A stretch of 64,000 bases of DNA from Actinomycetota bacterium. Lineage in GTDB: Bacteria > Actinomycetota > UBA4738 > CALAEC01. The notes beneath the pieces were generated by a model. It did no database searches, was not told the DNA's origin, and saw only the letters and a list, made by a program, of their open reading frames with translations. Below are positions 47,001 through 56,381 of this stretch, piece after piece (the stretch's first letter is position 1; each line of letters opens with the position of its first letter). The position numbers were made by a program, and so were the translations under genes. Location of the stretch: the NCBI GenBank assembly GCA_036001425.1, contig DASYUI010000038.1, positions 8,139 through 72,138 on the forward strand. The letters run 5' to 3'.

Positions 47001-48175
47001 GGACGCACCTCGTCCTCCACGCCGAGGGCGGCCGCCCCGAGGTACTCGGCAGACACGTCGCTGGGGGGCGGCATGATGGAGCCGCTGCGGGCGTCGCGGA
47101 AGATACGCTCCAGCGGCGAGCCGCGCTGCAGGGCTCCCAGCCCGCAGGCCTCCGCGAGGCTCGCCGCCGCGCGCATCGCTGCGTCCCCCGCCAGGAGCTT
47201 GGCCCGGAAGACCCACCGGTTGGTCTCCGGGTCCCCCGGCTGCAGCTCCACCAGACGGGCGGCGTGCTCCAAGGTGAGCCGGGCCGCCAGCGCGTCCGCC
47301 TCGGCGCGCCCCACCCGGGCCCGGACGGACCCGAGATGCGCGAGCCCTCCACGACGTCCGGCGACGGTCCGGCCGCGGAGATAGGCGACCGCCTCGTCCA
47401 CCGCGGCTTGGGCGAGTCCCACGTAGACGGCTGCGTAGGACGCCACCAGCCATTGGGGCATGGCGTGAGCCAGGGGAAGCACGAGGCCCTCGACCCCTCC
47501 CAACAGGGCCTCCGCGGGCACGTGGGTGTCGAGAGTGAGCGCGTTGCTCGCCGTGGCCCGCATCCCGAGGGGGTCCCAGGTCCGCTCCACCGAGAGCCCC
47601 TCGTTCTGGGGGACCAAGAAATAGGAGAGCACCGGGTCGCCCGATCCGGTTCCCTCCCGGCGGGCGGCCACCAGGTAAGCGTCCAGGTGGCCCGCACCCG
47701 AGACCGTCGACTTCACCCCTTGGATCCGGAAGCCGTCTCCCTCGGGCTCGTAGGTGGAGCGCAGGGCCGACAGGCGAGAACCGACATCCGGTTCGCTGAT
47801 GGCCACGCCGTACACGCTTCCCCGGGCGGCGGCCCGGAGCACCCGCTCACGGGTGGCGAAGAAGGACTCACCCACGCCCAGGGCCACGGCCATCTGCTCG
47901 GGGATGGAGGCCAGGCCGCCCGTCACCGAAGCGTGCATGTTGAAGACCAGCGCCGTGGAGCCACCGCCCCGGGCCAGCGCCACGGCGACCCGGACGTACT
48001 CCTCGAACCCCGCGCCCATCCCGCCAAGCGCCGTGGGCACCATGAGCCCCAGAAGCCCCTCGGCCCTGAGGTCTTGGAGGTCCTCGACGGGAAACTCCGC
48101 AGCCAGGTCGTACCGGGCCGCCCGAGCAGCGATCCTCTCCGCGACTCGCTCGGCGCGCTGCACGGCGTCGGTCAC
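46994..48175 (-). CDS. Acyl-CoA dehydrogenase-fold flavoprotein (possibly oxygenase-type)
   Basis: ACAD N/M/C architecture (EFPVEDLQDLRAEGLLGLMVP...). C-terminal FRDARSGSIMPPPSD replaces the RDA+xxIYEGT context. GTG start at 48175. Confidence 0.8.
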   Translation of the reverse strand: MTDAVQRAERVAERIAARAARYDLAAEFPVEDLQDLRAEGLLGLMVPTALGGMGAGFEEYVRVAVALARGGGSTALVFNMHASVTGGLASIPEQMAVALGVGESFFATRERVLRAAARGSVYGVAISEPDVGSRLSALRSTYEPEGDGFRIQGVKSTVSGAGHLDAYLVAARREGTGSGDPVLSYFLVPQNEGLSVERTWDPLGMRATASNALTLDTHVPAEALLGGVEGLVLPLAHAMPQWLVASYAAVYVGLAQAAVDEAVAYLRGRTVAGRRGGLAHLGSVRARVGRAEADALAARLTLEHAARLVELQPGDPETNRWVFRAKLLAGDAAMRAAASLAEACGLGALQRGSPLERIFRDARSGSIMPPPSDVSAEYLGAAALGVEDEVRPW

Positions 48176-48374
48176 CCTGCCCCCCGTTCCGTGTCCTCAG
48201 CCCCTCGCCTTCGGCGAGGCCCTTCGGCCAGGGGGAATGCAGCAGCCGGATTCGCTCGGCTCCGCCTCGCGGGCTGGTGCCCCCCTGGACCCCCTCTCAT
48301 CGTGGCTCACCCTACCTTCCACGGCGCGGAAACCAGGAACCGGCCGACCGCCGATCGTTCGCGGGGGGCTCCCG

Positions 48375-48404
48375 TTGACGCTGCTTGTGAAGGTCCCCTA
48401 AGAT
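48375..48404 (+). promoter_or_regulatory. Promoter candidate for rpsA (TTGACG-18 nt-TAAGAT)
   Basis: TTGACG at 48375-48380 and TAAGAT at 48399-48404. Confidence 0.5.
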
Positions 48405-48465
48405 TGCCAACGCTCGTACGGCGCACCGCGTCGGGCAGACCCCTCTGCGCAAGCGGCGGACCTTC

Positions 48466-49851
48466 TTGGGCGCGAAAACTGTGTGGGCAGAAAAGGAGCT
48501 GATCGAAATAGCGGACGAACCGAAGACCGCACTCCAAGACCAGGAGGCGGACGACTACACACCCGAGGAACTCGTTCAGGCCCTCGAGGCCTCTCTGCGA
48601 GACTTCAACGAAGGCGATCTTGTCAGCGGCAAGGTCGTGCGAATCGACCGCGACGAGGTCCTCGTCGACATCGGCTACAAGTCCGAAGGCGTCATCCCCG
48701 CGAAGGAGCTCTCCATCCGCCACGACGTCGATCCCGGCGAGGTGGTGAAGGTCGGTGATGACATCGAGGCACTCGTCCTCCAGAAGGAGGACAAGGAGGG
48801 CCGGCTCATCCTCTCCAAGAAGCGAGCCCAGTACGAGCGGGCGTGGAGCAGGATCGAGCAGGTCATGGCGGAGGGCGGGACCATCAAGGGCCCCGTCATC
48901 GAGGTGGTGAAGGGCGGGCTCATCCTGGACATCGGGCTGCGCGGCTTCCTTCCGGCCTCACTCGTCGAGCTCCGCAGGGTCCGCGACCTTCATCCCTACG
49001 TCGGGCAGGAGCTCGAGTGCAAGATCATCGAGCTCGACCGGAACCGGAACAACGTGGTCCTCTCCCGCCGGGCCTTCCTCGAAGAGTCCCAGAGCGAGAG
49101 CCGGAAGAAGGTCCTGGAATCCCTGTCCAAGGGCGACCGCCGCACGGGCAAGGTCTCGTCCATCGTGAACTTCGGCGCCTTCGTGGACCTCGGCGGCGTG
49201 GACGGGCTGGTGCACGTATCCGAGCTGTCCTGGCGCCACGTCGAGCACCCCAGCGAAGTGGTCCAGGTCGGCGACGAGGTGGAGGTCGAGGTTCTGGACG
49301 TGGAGCTCGAGCGGGAGCGGGTCTCGCTCTCGCTGAAGGCGACGCAGGAAGATCCCTGGAAGGAGTTCGAGCGCCGGTACAGCGCCGGCGAGATCCTCGA
49401 GGGCGAGGTGACCAAGATCGTTCCGTTCGGCGCGTTCGTTCGGGTCTCCGAGGGGATCGAGGGGTTGGTCCACATCAGCGAGCTGGCCGAGGAGCATGTC
49501 GAGTCGGCCGATCAGATCGTCCAGGTGGGGGACCGCGTGCGGGTCCGAGTCGTCGAGGTCGAGGTGGGACGCCGCAGGGTCTCGCTTTCGATGCGGCGAG
49601 TCGGTGAGGCCGAGGTCACCAAGGAGCCGGAGATCCGGGCCGAGGAGGAGGCGCAGGTCGAAACGGAAGCACCCGAGGAGCCCGAGTCGGCTCCGGAAGC
49701 CGAGGGGGCCCGACCCGCTCCCCCGGCCGAGCTCCAGGAGGCCCCAGAGGCACCCGCCGAGGAGACCACCCCACCCGCCGAGGGGGAGGAAGAGGAGGTC
49801 TCCCTCGAGTCCATCGTGGAGGACCTCAAGCGCCGCGAGGGCCGCTCCTGA
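48466..49851 (+). CDS. rpsA: 30S ribosomal protein S1
   Basis: Repeated S1 domains (GDLVSGKVVRIDRDEVLVDIGYKSEGVIP, GTIKGPVIEV, GKVSSIVNFGAFVDLG, GEVTKIVPFGAFVRV). Start ambiguous (TTG 48466 or GTG 48481). Confidence 0.9.
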   Translation: MGAKTVWAEKELIEIADEPKTALQDQEADDYTPEELVQALEASLRDFNEGDLVSGKVVRIDRDEVLVDIGYKSEGVIPAKELSIRHDVDPGEVVKVGDDIEALVLQKEDKEGRLILSKKRAQYERAWSRIEQVMAEGGTIKGPVIEVVKGGLILDIGLRGFLPASLVELRRVRDLHPYVGQELECKIIELDRNRNNVVLSRRAFLEESQSESRKKVLESLSKGDRRTGKVSSIVNFGAFVDLGGVDGLVHVSELSWRHVEHPSEVVQVGDEVEVEVLDVELERERVSLSLKATQEDPWKEFERRYSAGEILEGEVTKIVPFGAFVRVSEGIEGLVHISELAEEHVESADQIVQVGDRVRVRVVEVEVGRRRVSLSMRRVGEAEVTKEPEIRAEEEAQVETEAPEEPESAPEAEGARPAPPAELQEAPEAPAEETTPPAEGEEEEVSLESIVEDLKRREGRS

Positions 49852-49909
49852 CGGGACCACGACCCCGGCCGGCCCAGCCCTTCCCATCCCCACAGCGCAT
49901 CAGAGAGAC

Positions 49910-50521
49910 ATGCTGCTCGTCGGCCTGACCGGCGGCCTCGGAGCCGGGAAGTCCACCGTCGCCGCGATGCTGGCTCGCCGCGGTGCGGTGGTGGTCGACG
50001 CCGACGACCTTGCCCGGCGAGCGCTGGATCCCGGCACCGTCGCCTTCAAGCAGGTGTGCGACCTGTTCGGGGACGAGGTCCTGATGGCCGACGGCCACCT
50101 CGACCGGCGAGCCATCGCCGCGCGGGTCTTCGCCGACGACGTCAAGCGGCGCGCGCTCGAGTCGATCGTGCACCCGGAGGTCTTTCGGGGGCTGGCGGAG
50201 ACGCTCGAGCGTCACCGGGACAGCGACTCCGTCGTGGTGTTCGACGCGCCTCTGATCGTGGAGACCGGGTTTCACCGCGAATGTGACGTAGTGGTGGTGG
50301 TCGATGCTCCCGTCGAGGATCAGGTAGCCCGGGCCACGGCCCAGCGCGGTCTCGACCAGGAGGAGGCGCGAGCGCGTATCGCCGCGCAAACCTCCCCGGT
50401 AGAGCGGGCCGCGGTCGCCGACATGATCCTTCGCAACGACGGGACCCTCGAAGCCCTGGAGCGCCAGGTCGACGCGCTGTGGGAGGAGATCCGGGCTCGG
50501 TCGGCGCGGCCGGGCGGCTGA
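49910..50521 (+). CDS. coaE: Dephospho-CoA kinase
   Basis: MLLVGLTGGLGAGKST P-loop. About 203 aa from ATG 49910. Track start 49496 overlaps rpsA. Confidence 0.88.
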   Translation: MLLVGLTGGLGAGKSTVAAMLARRGAVVVDADDLARRALDPGTVAFKQVCDLFGDEVLMADGHLDRRAIAARVFADDVKRRALESIVHPEVFRGLAETLERHRDSDSVVVFDAPLIVETGFHRECDVVVVVDAPVEDQVARATAQRGLDQEEARARIAAQTSPVERAAVADMILRNDGTLEALERQVDALWEEIRARSARPGG

Positions 50522-50533
50522 CGCTCCAGCCGG

Positions 50534-50539
50534 TATCAT
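50534..50539 (+). promoter_or_regulatory. -10-like TATCAT 7 nt upstream of the GTG start (leaderless candidate)
   Basis: TATCAT at 50534-50539, GTG at 50547, no SD between. Confidence 0.35.
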
Positions 50540-50546
50540 CCCCGCC

Positions 50547-51263
50547 GTGGGCCCTCCGAAAGCCGTCTTCTTCGACGCCGGTGAGACGCTCGTCTACCCC
50601 CATCCGTCCTTCGCGGAACTCTTCACCGAGGTGCTGAGGGCGGAGGACGTGCTGGTCGACCCCGCGGTGGTCCAGCACGTGGTCTCGGCGTACTCGAAGA
50701 AGTTCACGGAGACGGTCCAGTCGGGAGAGGCGCACCTCTGGTCGACGTCACCCGAGCGATCTCGAAGCTTCTGGGGCGGTGTGTACCGGGGCTTCCTCGA
50801 AGAGGTCGGGGTGAGCGACCATCACGATCGACTGGTCGATCGCCTCTACACGACGTTCACCAACCTGGCGAGCTACCGGCTGCACCCAGACGTGGTACCG
50901 ACCCTCGATCGCCTGCATGACGCCGGGCTGGCGCTCGGCGTCATCTCGAACTTCGAGGAGTGGCTGGAGCGGCTCCTCGAGACGCTCGGGGTCACGGACT
51001 ACTTCCCCGTCCGGGTGATCTCCGGCATCGAGGGAGTGGAGAAGCCCGACCCGGAGATCTTCCGCATCGCCCTGGAGCGCGGAGGGGTGGCCGCGGAGGA
51101 ATCGATCTACGTCGGAGACCACCCCTTCTTCGACATCGAGCCCGCGGAGGAGGTCGGGATGGTGGCCGTCCTGATCGACCGGCGGGGGAGGTACCCGGAC
51201 GTGGAGGGCATCCGGATCACCTCCCTCGAGGACCTCCCGGCCGCCGTCGGGATCGAGGCCTGA
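50547..51263 (+). CDS. HAD superfamily hydrolase (subfamily IA-like)
   Basis: Motif I-like FFDAGETLV, motif II ISNF, motif III K (VEKPDPEIF), motif IV YVGDHPFFD. Confidence 0.78.
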   Translation: MGPPKAVFFDAGETLVYPHPSFAELFTEVLRAEDVLVDPAVVQHVVSAYSKKFTETVQSGEAHLWSTSPERSRSFWGGVYRGFLEEVGVSDHHDRLVDRLYTTFTNLASYRLHPDVVPTLDRLHDAGLALGVISNFEEWLERLLETLGVTDYFPVRVISGIEGVEKPDPEIFRIALERGGVAAEESIYVGDHPFFDIEPAEEVGMVAVLIDRRGRYPDVEGIRITSLEDLPAAVGIEA

Positions 51264-51282
51264 GCCTTGGGCCGAGCCCACC

Positions 51283-51876
51283 ATGGGCTTGCGCGGTCGG
51301 GGTCCAGGCTCTTTGATTCCCTCGATGGGTGAAGCCACGATGGACCAGGCGGCCGCCCCCCACGAGCGCGGGATCGGGCACCTCGACGAGGTTCTGAACA
51401 ACCTCGGGGTGTTCCGTTCGGCCGCCCAAGACTTGGTGCTCCTGTGCCAGTCGGGGTTCCGGCGCATCCCCATCTCCCAGGGAACGGAGTTCTACTTCTC
51501 GATCCAAGCGCTCGGCCCCGACCAGATCGCGTACGCGCACACGCATCCCGATTCAGAGGAGTGGAGCGTGGTGCTGTCCGGCTCGGGTGAGGCGCGCATC
51601 CACGGCGCGGTTCCCCTGTTTCCCGGATCGATCCTCGGTCGCGCCGCCGCGTATCCGCACGGGTTCCTGGGGGGGCCCGACGGTCTGTTCCTGCTGTCGA
51701 TCCAGGCGCCCCGCCCGACCGAGGCGTCCACGACCTGGGATGAGCCCGGAACCACCACCGATCCGGTGGATTGCCTGGGCGGCGGGATCTGCCGAAGGTG
51801 TCCGCGGTGCGGCGGGCACAGCGCGGAGATACGGCGGGACACGTTCATCTGCGAGAACTGCACGCTCACATTCTGA
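51283..51876 (+). CDS. Cupin-domain protein with C-terminal CxxC...CxxC zinc-ribbon
   Basis: Cupin motifs AHTHPDSEEW and YPHGF. C-terminus CRRCPRCGG...FICENC. Start ambiguous (ATG 51283, 51325 or 51340). Confidence 0.6.
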   Translation: MGLRGRGPGSLIPSMGEATMDQAAAPHERGIGHLDEVLNNLGVFRSAAQDLVLLCQSGFRRIPISQGTEFYFSIQALGPDQIAYAHTHPDSEEWSVVLSGSGEARIHGAVPLFPGSILGRAAAYPHGFLGGPDGLFLLSIQAPRPTEASTTWDEPGTTTDPVDCLGGGICRRCPRCGGHSAEIRRDTFICENCTLTF

Positions 51877-51908
51877 GCTCCGGCCTCCCGACTATCCTTC
51901 TTCCAGGG

Positions 51909-52289
51909 ATGACTGCCGAGCAGGAAAGCCGTCTCTATACGGTGGATGAAGCCAACGCGACGCTCGCCGAGCTGCGAGAGTCCCTCGTTCGCATCCGAGA
52001 GGCCCGGCGTGAGGTCCTGCGGTCGGGCCGGCGTGTAGGGGCGCGAGCCGGAGCGAACGGCGGGGGACCGGAGGGAACCGCTTATCTCGAGGCGCTCAGC
52101 ATCCTGCGGGAGGAGGTGGAGCGGCTGGCCGCGGAGGACATCATCCTCCGGGACGCCGAGTCAGGTCTTGTGGACTTCCCCTCAGAACGAGAAGGGCGTG
52201 TCGTCCAACTGTGCTGGAAGCTCGGTGAGGACCGGGTGGCCCACTGGCACGAGAACGACGCCGGCTTCCAGGCCCGGAAACCTCTGTAG
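51909..52289 (+). CDS. DUF2203 family protein
   Basis: YTVDEANATLAEL...GLVDFPSEREGRVVQLCWKLGEDRVAHWHE resembles the DUF2203 pattern. ATG 51909. Track start 51771 overlaps the cupin gene. Confidence 0.62.
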   Translation: MTAEQESRLYTVDEANATLAELRESLVRIREARREVLRSGRRVGARAGANGGGPEGTAYLEALSILREEVERLAAEDIILRDAESGLVDFPSEREGRVVQLCWKLGEDRVAHWHENDAGFQARKPL

Positions 52290-52302
52290 GCGGAATCTTC
52301 AG

Positions 52303-52584
52303 ATGGCAAGGATAGATCGGGGGCGCGTCATTGCCGACCGAGCAAGGCGCCTCCGAGACGTCTTCCAAGGGACGCTCCTACCAGAGGAGCAGGTACTCGG
52401 TGAAGGGAGAGCCGCCTATCTGCGACCTGACGAGCGGTTGTATGGCGGCTCCACCCATACATATCTCTGGGTCACAGATCGGCGAGTCGTGTGGTGTGAG
52501 TTGTGGCCCCGCCAGGTCTCCCTGCCACTGGGGCTCCTCGTCTCTTATCAGGAGAGGTCTTCGATACTCACCGGTACCTCTTGA
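52303..52584 (+). CDS. Hypothetical 93-aa protein (possibly the 5' part of a frameshifted gene)
   Basis: ATG 52303. GC3 by eye is lower than in neighbouring genes. The downstream frame (to 52781) keeps a coding-like GC3. Confidence 0.4.
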   Translation: MARIDRGRVIADRARRLRDVFQGTLLPEEQVLGEGRAAYLRPDERLYGGSTHTYLWVTDRRVVWCELWPRQVSLPLGLLVSYQERSSILTGTS

Positions 52585-52808
52585 CCTTGAGGCACGAGGC
52601 GACGACTCGGATCGAATGGGCTCCCAGGAGGCGATTCCTCTGGTGGAGCTGGGGCAACTCACTCGTCCCACAGGTGCGGACGGAAAGCCGCTTTCGCTTC
52701 AGTCGCCCACGACACAGCCGCCGCGCGGGCTCTGAGACAGCAGCTCGATCTCCGGGCGGTTCCCAGGCCTGCCCAAGGTAGCTAGGGCCAGCCCGGGTCG
52801 TCCGGCCG

Positions 52809-52814
52809 TACACT
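52809..52814 (+). promoter_or_regulatory. -10-like TACACT 7 nt upstream of the uvrB ATG (leaderless candidate)
   Basis: TACACT at 52809-52814, ATG at 52822, no SD. Confidence 0.4.
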
Positions 52815-52821
52815 GTGCCCC

Positions 52822-54837
52822 ATGCCACCCTTCCGCGTCGTCTCCGAGTTCCAGCCCGCCGGCGACCAACCCAAGGCCGTCGACGAGCTGGCCGAGGGCA
52901 TCCTCGCCGGTGAGGACCGCCTCACCCTGCTCGGGATCACCGGCTCAGGGAAGACCTTCACCATCGCCAAGGCCATCGAGAAGGTCCAGAAGCCGACCCT
53001 GGTGATCTCGCCGAACAAGTCGCTGGCCGCCCAGCTGGCCAACGAGTTCAGGGAGTTCTTCCCGGAGAACGCGGTGGAGTACTTCGTCAGCTACTACGAC
53101 TACTACCAGCCCGAGGCGTACGTCCCCCAGACCGACCTGTACATCGAGAAGGACGCCACGATCAACGACGAGATCGAGCGGCTCCGGCACTCGGCGACGG
53201 CTGCGCTCCTCTCCCGCGAAGACGTGATCATCGTCGCCAGCGTCTCGTGCATCTACGGGTTGGGTACGCCTGAGGAGTACATGGGCCAGGTCCTCCGGGT
53301 GATCAAGGGTGTTCCCCTAGAGCGTGACTTCGCGCTGGAGCGCCTGACCAACATCCAGTATCAGCGGACGAACCAGAACCTGGCCCGGGGGCGCTTCCGC
53401 TCCCGCGGCGACACGATCGAGATCCACCCCGCGTACGAGGAGACCGTGGTGCACGTCGAGCTGTGGGGCGACGAGGTCGAGAAGATCACGCGGATCGACC
53501 CGATCACGGGAGAGGTCATCGGTGAGCTCCAAGAGGCGTGGATCTACCCGGCCACCCACTATGTCGCGTCCCACGACCGCATGGAGCGAGCCATCGGACA
53601 GATCGAGGTGGAACTGGCCGATCGGCTGGGGAAACTGGAATCACAGGGCAAGCTCCTCGAGGCCCAGCGCCTGCGGATGCGCACCAACCACGACCTGGAG
53701 ATGCTTCGGGAGCTCGGCTTCTGCTCCGGGATCGAGAACTACTCGCGGCACATCGACGGCCGTCATCCGGGCGAGCCGCCGTACACGCTCCTCGACTACT
53801 TCCCCCAGGACTGGCTGTGCGTGATCGACGAGTCCCACGTCACCGTGCCGCAGATCCACGGGATGTATGAGGGCGATATGAGCCGGAAACGGACGCTGGT
53901 GGAGTACGGGTTCCGGCTGCCTTCCGCGGTTGACAACCGGCCCCTGAAGTTCGAGGAATTCACCGAGCGAGTCAACCAGGTGGTGTTCATGTCGGCCACG
54001 CCGAGCCCCTACGAGCTCAGCGTATCCAAGCGCGTAGTCGAGCAGATCGTCCGACCCACCGGTCTCGTCGACCCGGAGGTCGAGGTCCGGCCGACGCGGG
54101 GCCAGGTCGACGACCTCATCGAGGAGATCCGGCGGCGCACGGAGAAGGATCAGCGGGTCCTCGTGACCACGCTCACGAAGAAGATGTCCGAGGACCTTAC
54201 CGACTATCTCTTGGAGATGGGGCTCCGGGTTCGGTATCTCCACTCCGAAGTCGACACCATCCAGCGGATCGAGATCCTCCGAGACCTGCGTCTCGGGGAG
54301 TTCGACGTCCTCGTCGGGATCAACCTGCTCCGCGAGGGGCTGGACCTTCCGGAGGTGTCGTTGGTGGCCATCCTCGACGCAGACAAGGAGGGATTCCTCC
54401 GGTCGGAGACCTCGCTGATCCAGACCACCGGCCGGGCCGCGCGCAACGTGGACGGGAAGGTCCTGATGTACGCGGACGAGGTCACCGACTCCATGAAGCG
54501 GGCCATCTCGGAGACGCAGCGCCGCCGCAAGATCCAGATGGAGCACAACCGCGAGCACGGCATCGACCCGCAGACCATCCGCAAGCGCGTCTCCGACATC
54601 CTTTTGGCCCTCGAGCGGGAGGGCCTCGAGCGCGCCCCGACGCCCGAGCGCCGGCGCCGTCGCCGGGAGCGCCCCGCCATGCCCCGCGACGAGCTGGAGG
54701 GATTGATCTTCACCCTCGAGGAGGAGATGCACGAGGCCGCCAAGGACCTTCGGTTCGAGTACGCGGCGCGGCTGCGCGATGAGATCCACGAGCTCCGGAA
54801 GGAGCTTCGGGCCCTCAAGGAGGCGGGGGTCGGCTAG
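52822..54837 (+). CDS. uvrB: Excinuclease ABC subunit B
   Basis: Walker [19 protein letters not shown] helicase motif, C-terminal UVR domain ([24 protein letters not shown]). Confidence 0.95.
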   Translation: MPPFRVVSEFQPAGDQPKAVDELAEGILAGEDRLTLLGITGSGKTFTIAKAIEKVQKPTLVISPNKSLAAQLANEFREFFPENAVEYFVSYYDYYQPEAYVPQTDLYIEKDATINDEIERLRHSATAALLSREDVIIVASVSCIYGLGTPEEYMGQVLRVIKGVPLERDFALERLTNIQYQRTNQNLARGRFRSRGDTIEIHPAYEETVVHVELWGDEVEKITRIDPITGEVIGELQEAWIYPATHYVASHDRMERAIGQIEVELADRLGKLESQGKLLEAQRLRMRTNHDLEMLRELGFCSGIENYSRHIDGRHPGEPPYTLLDYFPQDWLCVIDESHVTVPQIHGMYEGDMSRKRTLVEYGFRLPSAVDNRPLKFEEFTERVNQVVFMSATPSPYELSVSKRVVEQIVRPTGLVDPEVEVRPTRGQVDDLIEEIRRRTEKDQRVLVTTLTKKMSEDLTDYLLEMGLRVRYLHSEVDTIQRIEILRDLRLGEFDVLVGINLLREGLDLPEVSLVAILDADKEGFLRSETSLIQTTGRAARNVDGKVLMYADEVTDSMKRAISETQRRRKIQMEHNREHGIDPQTIRKRVSDILLALEREGLERAPTPERRRRRRERPAMPRDELEGLIFTLEEEMHEAAKDLRFEYAARLRDEIHELRKELRALKEAGVG

Positions 54838-54953
54838 GAGGTCCGGTTCGCTCACGGACCCTTCTACCAGGTCATTTGTGCCCCATCACCCCGAGCTACT
54901 AGATTCGATTTGTCCCGTTTCAACCGTCCTTCCACTGAGAGGAGGGAGTCATC

Positions 54954-56261
54954 GTGCGACATACGATCCGATGGTCCTTGCTTCCTGTAGCCCTCGCCCT
55001 CGTGGTCGGCACGGGGCTTCCCGCGCTTGGGAAGCACGCCACGCGTCCCCACACGGACAACCTGAAGGCCACTGGGCACAGCCCCCACGAGGCGCAGTTC
55101 TTCGGGGTGTCGAGTGCCCAGCGACACATCAACTCCGATATCGCGTTCTGGGGAAGCCTGGCGATCAACGGCAACTACGATGGGTTCCGGATCATCGACA
55201 TCAGCGACCCCACCGACCCGCAGCAGATCGTGTGGCAGCACTGCAACGGCGACCAGGGTGACATCGTCGTCTGGAACAACATCCTGGTTCGGTCATGGAA
55301 CTCGCCTGCCCCGCCGGGACGGAACTGTGACGGGGAGCCGGTGCCGTCCGGTTTCGAAGGACTCCACATCTTCGACATCAGCAACCTGTCCGACCCCGAC
55401 CTCGTCGCGTCGGTGGAGACGGAGTGCGGCTCCCACACCGCCACGCTGGTGCCGGACACCGCGAACGGCCGGGTGCTCGTTTACAACAACGCCTCGAGCG
55501 GAGCATGTCCGTGGATCGACATCGTTGAAGTTCCGTTGAGCGCTCCTCAGAACGCGGCCATCCTCCGGACCGAGCGCCTGCGCCAGGGCGCACACCGATG
55601 CCACGACATCGGCGTCATCCTCGGCAACGAGAACCTGGCGGCTTGCGCGAGCGATGCCGACGCGAACGTGTTTAGCATCGGCGCCCCGCGAGGAGGATCG
55701 TTAGAGGATCCGGAGTTTCTGTACTCGATCGACGAACGGGGCGTGGGGATCGGCGGCAACTGGCACTCGGCCGCATTCACCTGGGACGGCGAGGTCATCG
55801 TCCTGGGCTGGGAGCCCGGCGGTGGATCCCAGCCCGAGTGCGAGGCGACCGATCCCGCTGTCAAGAAGAGCGCCTTCTTCTACGACGCGGACACCGGCGA
55901 CAAGCTGGGGCAGTGGACGCTTCCTCGGCCGCAAACCGCTGAAGAGAATTGCACGATCCACAACTACAACGTGGTCCCGACGACCGACGGTCGGTACATC
56001 CTGGTTAGCGGGAACTACCAGGCCGGGACGTGGGTCACGGAATTCACCAGCCCGGCGAGCCCCGTGACGTTGGGTTGGTCGGACCCACCGCCCATTGTGC
56101 CGACCAACCTTGGTGGCGCGTGGTCGTCGTACTGGTACAACGGCCATATCTACGAGTCGGAGATCCAGACAGGCCTGAACGTCTTCACGTTCACGGACCC
56201 GGTGGGCGCGACCAACCTTCCGCACCTGAACCCGCAGACGCAGGAGACGACTATCGGCTGA
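54954..56261 (+). CDS. Secreted beta-propeller-like protein (LVIVD-repeat type)
   Basis: Signal peptide. Repeated motifs such as FRIIDISDPTDP and LHIFDISNLSDP, typical of LVIVD repeats. GTG start after GAGAGGAGGGA. Locally lower GC. Confidence 0.65.
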   Translation: MRHTIRWSLLPVALALVVGTGLPALGKHATRPHTDNLKATGHSPHEAQFFGVSSAQRHINSDIAFWGSLAINGNYDGFRIIDISDPTDPQQIVWQHCNGDQGDIVVWNNILVRSWNSPAPPGRNCDGEPVPSGFEGLHIFDISNLSDPDLVASVETECGSHTATLVPDTANGRVLVYNNASSGACPWIDIVEVPLSAPQNAAILRTERLRQGAHRCHDIGVILGNENLAACASDADANVFSIGAPRGGSLEDPEFLYSIDERGVGIGGNWHSAAFTWDGEVIVLGWEPGGGSQPECEATDPAVKKSAFFYDADTGDKLGQWTLPRPQTAEENCTIHNYNVVPTTDGRYILVSGNYQAGTWVTEFTSPASPVTLGWSDPPPIVPTNLGGAWSSYWYNGHIYESEIQTGLNVFTFTDPVGATNLPHLNPQTQETTIG

Positions 56262-56280
56262 TCCGGGACAAGCAGCGCCC

Positions 56281-56311
56281 AGGGGGCGGGCGAATCCCTC
56301 GTCCGCCCCCT
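56281..56311 (+). terminator. 9-bp GC-rich stem-loop (AGGGGGCGG-N13-CCGCCCCCT) downstream of the beta-propeller gene
   Basis: Read directly, 20 nt after the stop. Followed by CTATCATTCC. Confidence 0.45.
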
Positions 56312-56381
56312 CTATCATTCCCGCAACCAGCTCTGCGGGGGGGAAGCCACGGCGGCGGTAGGCGGGGGAGGGCGCACTCTC

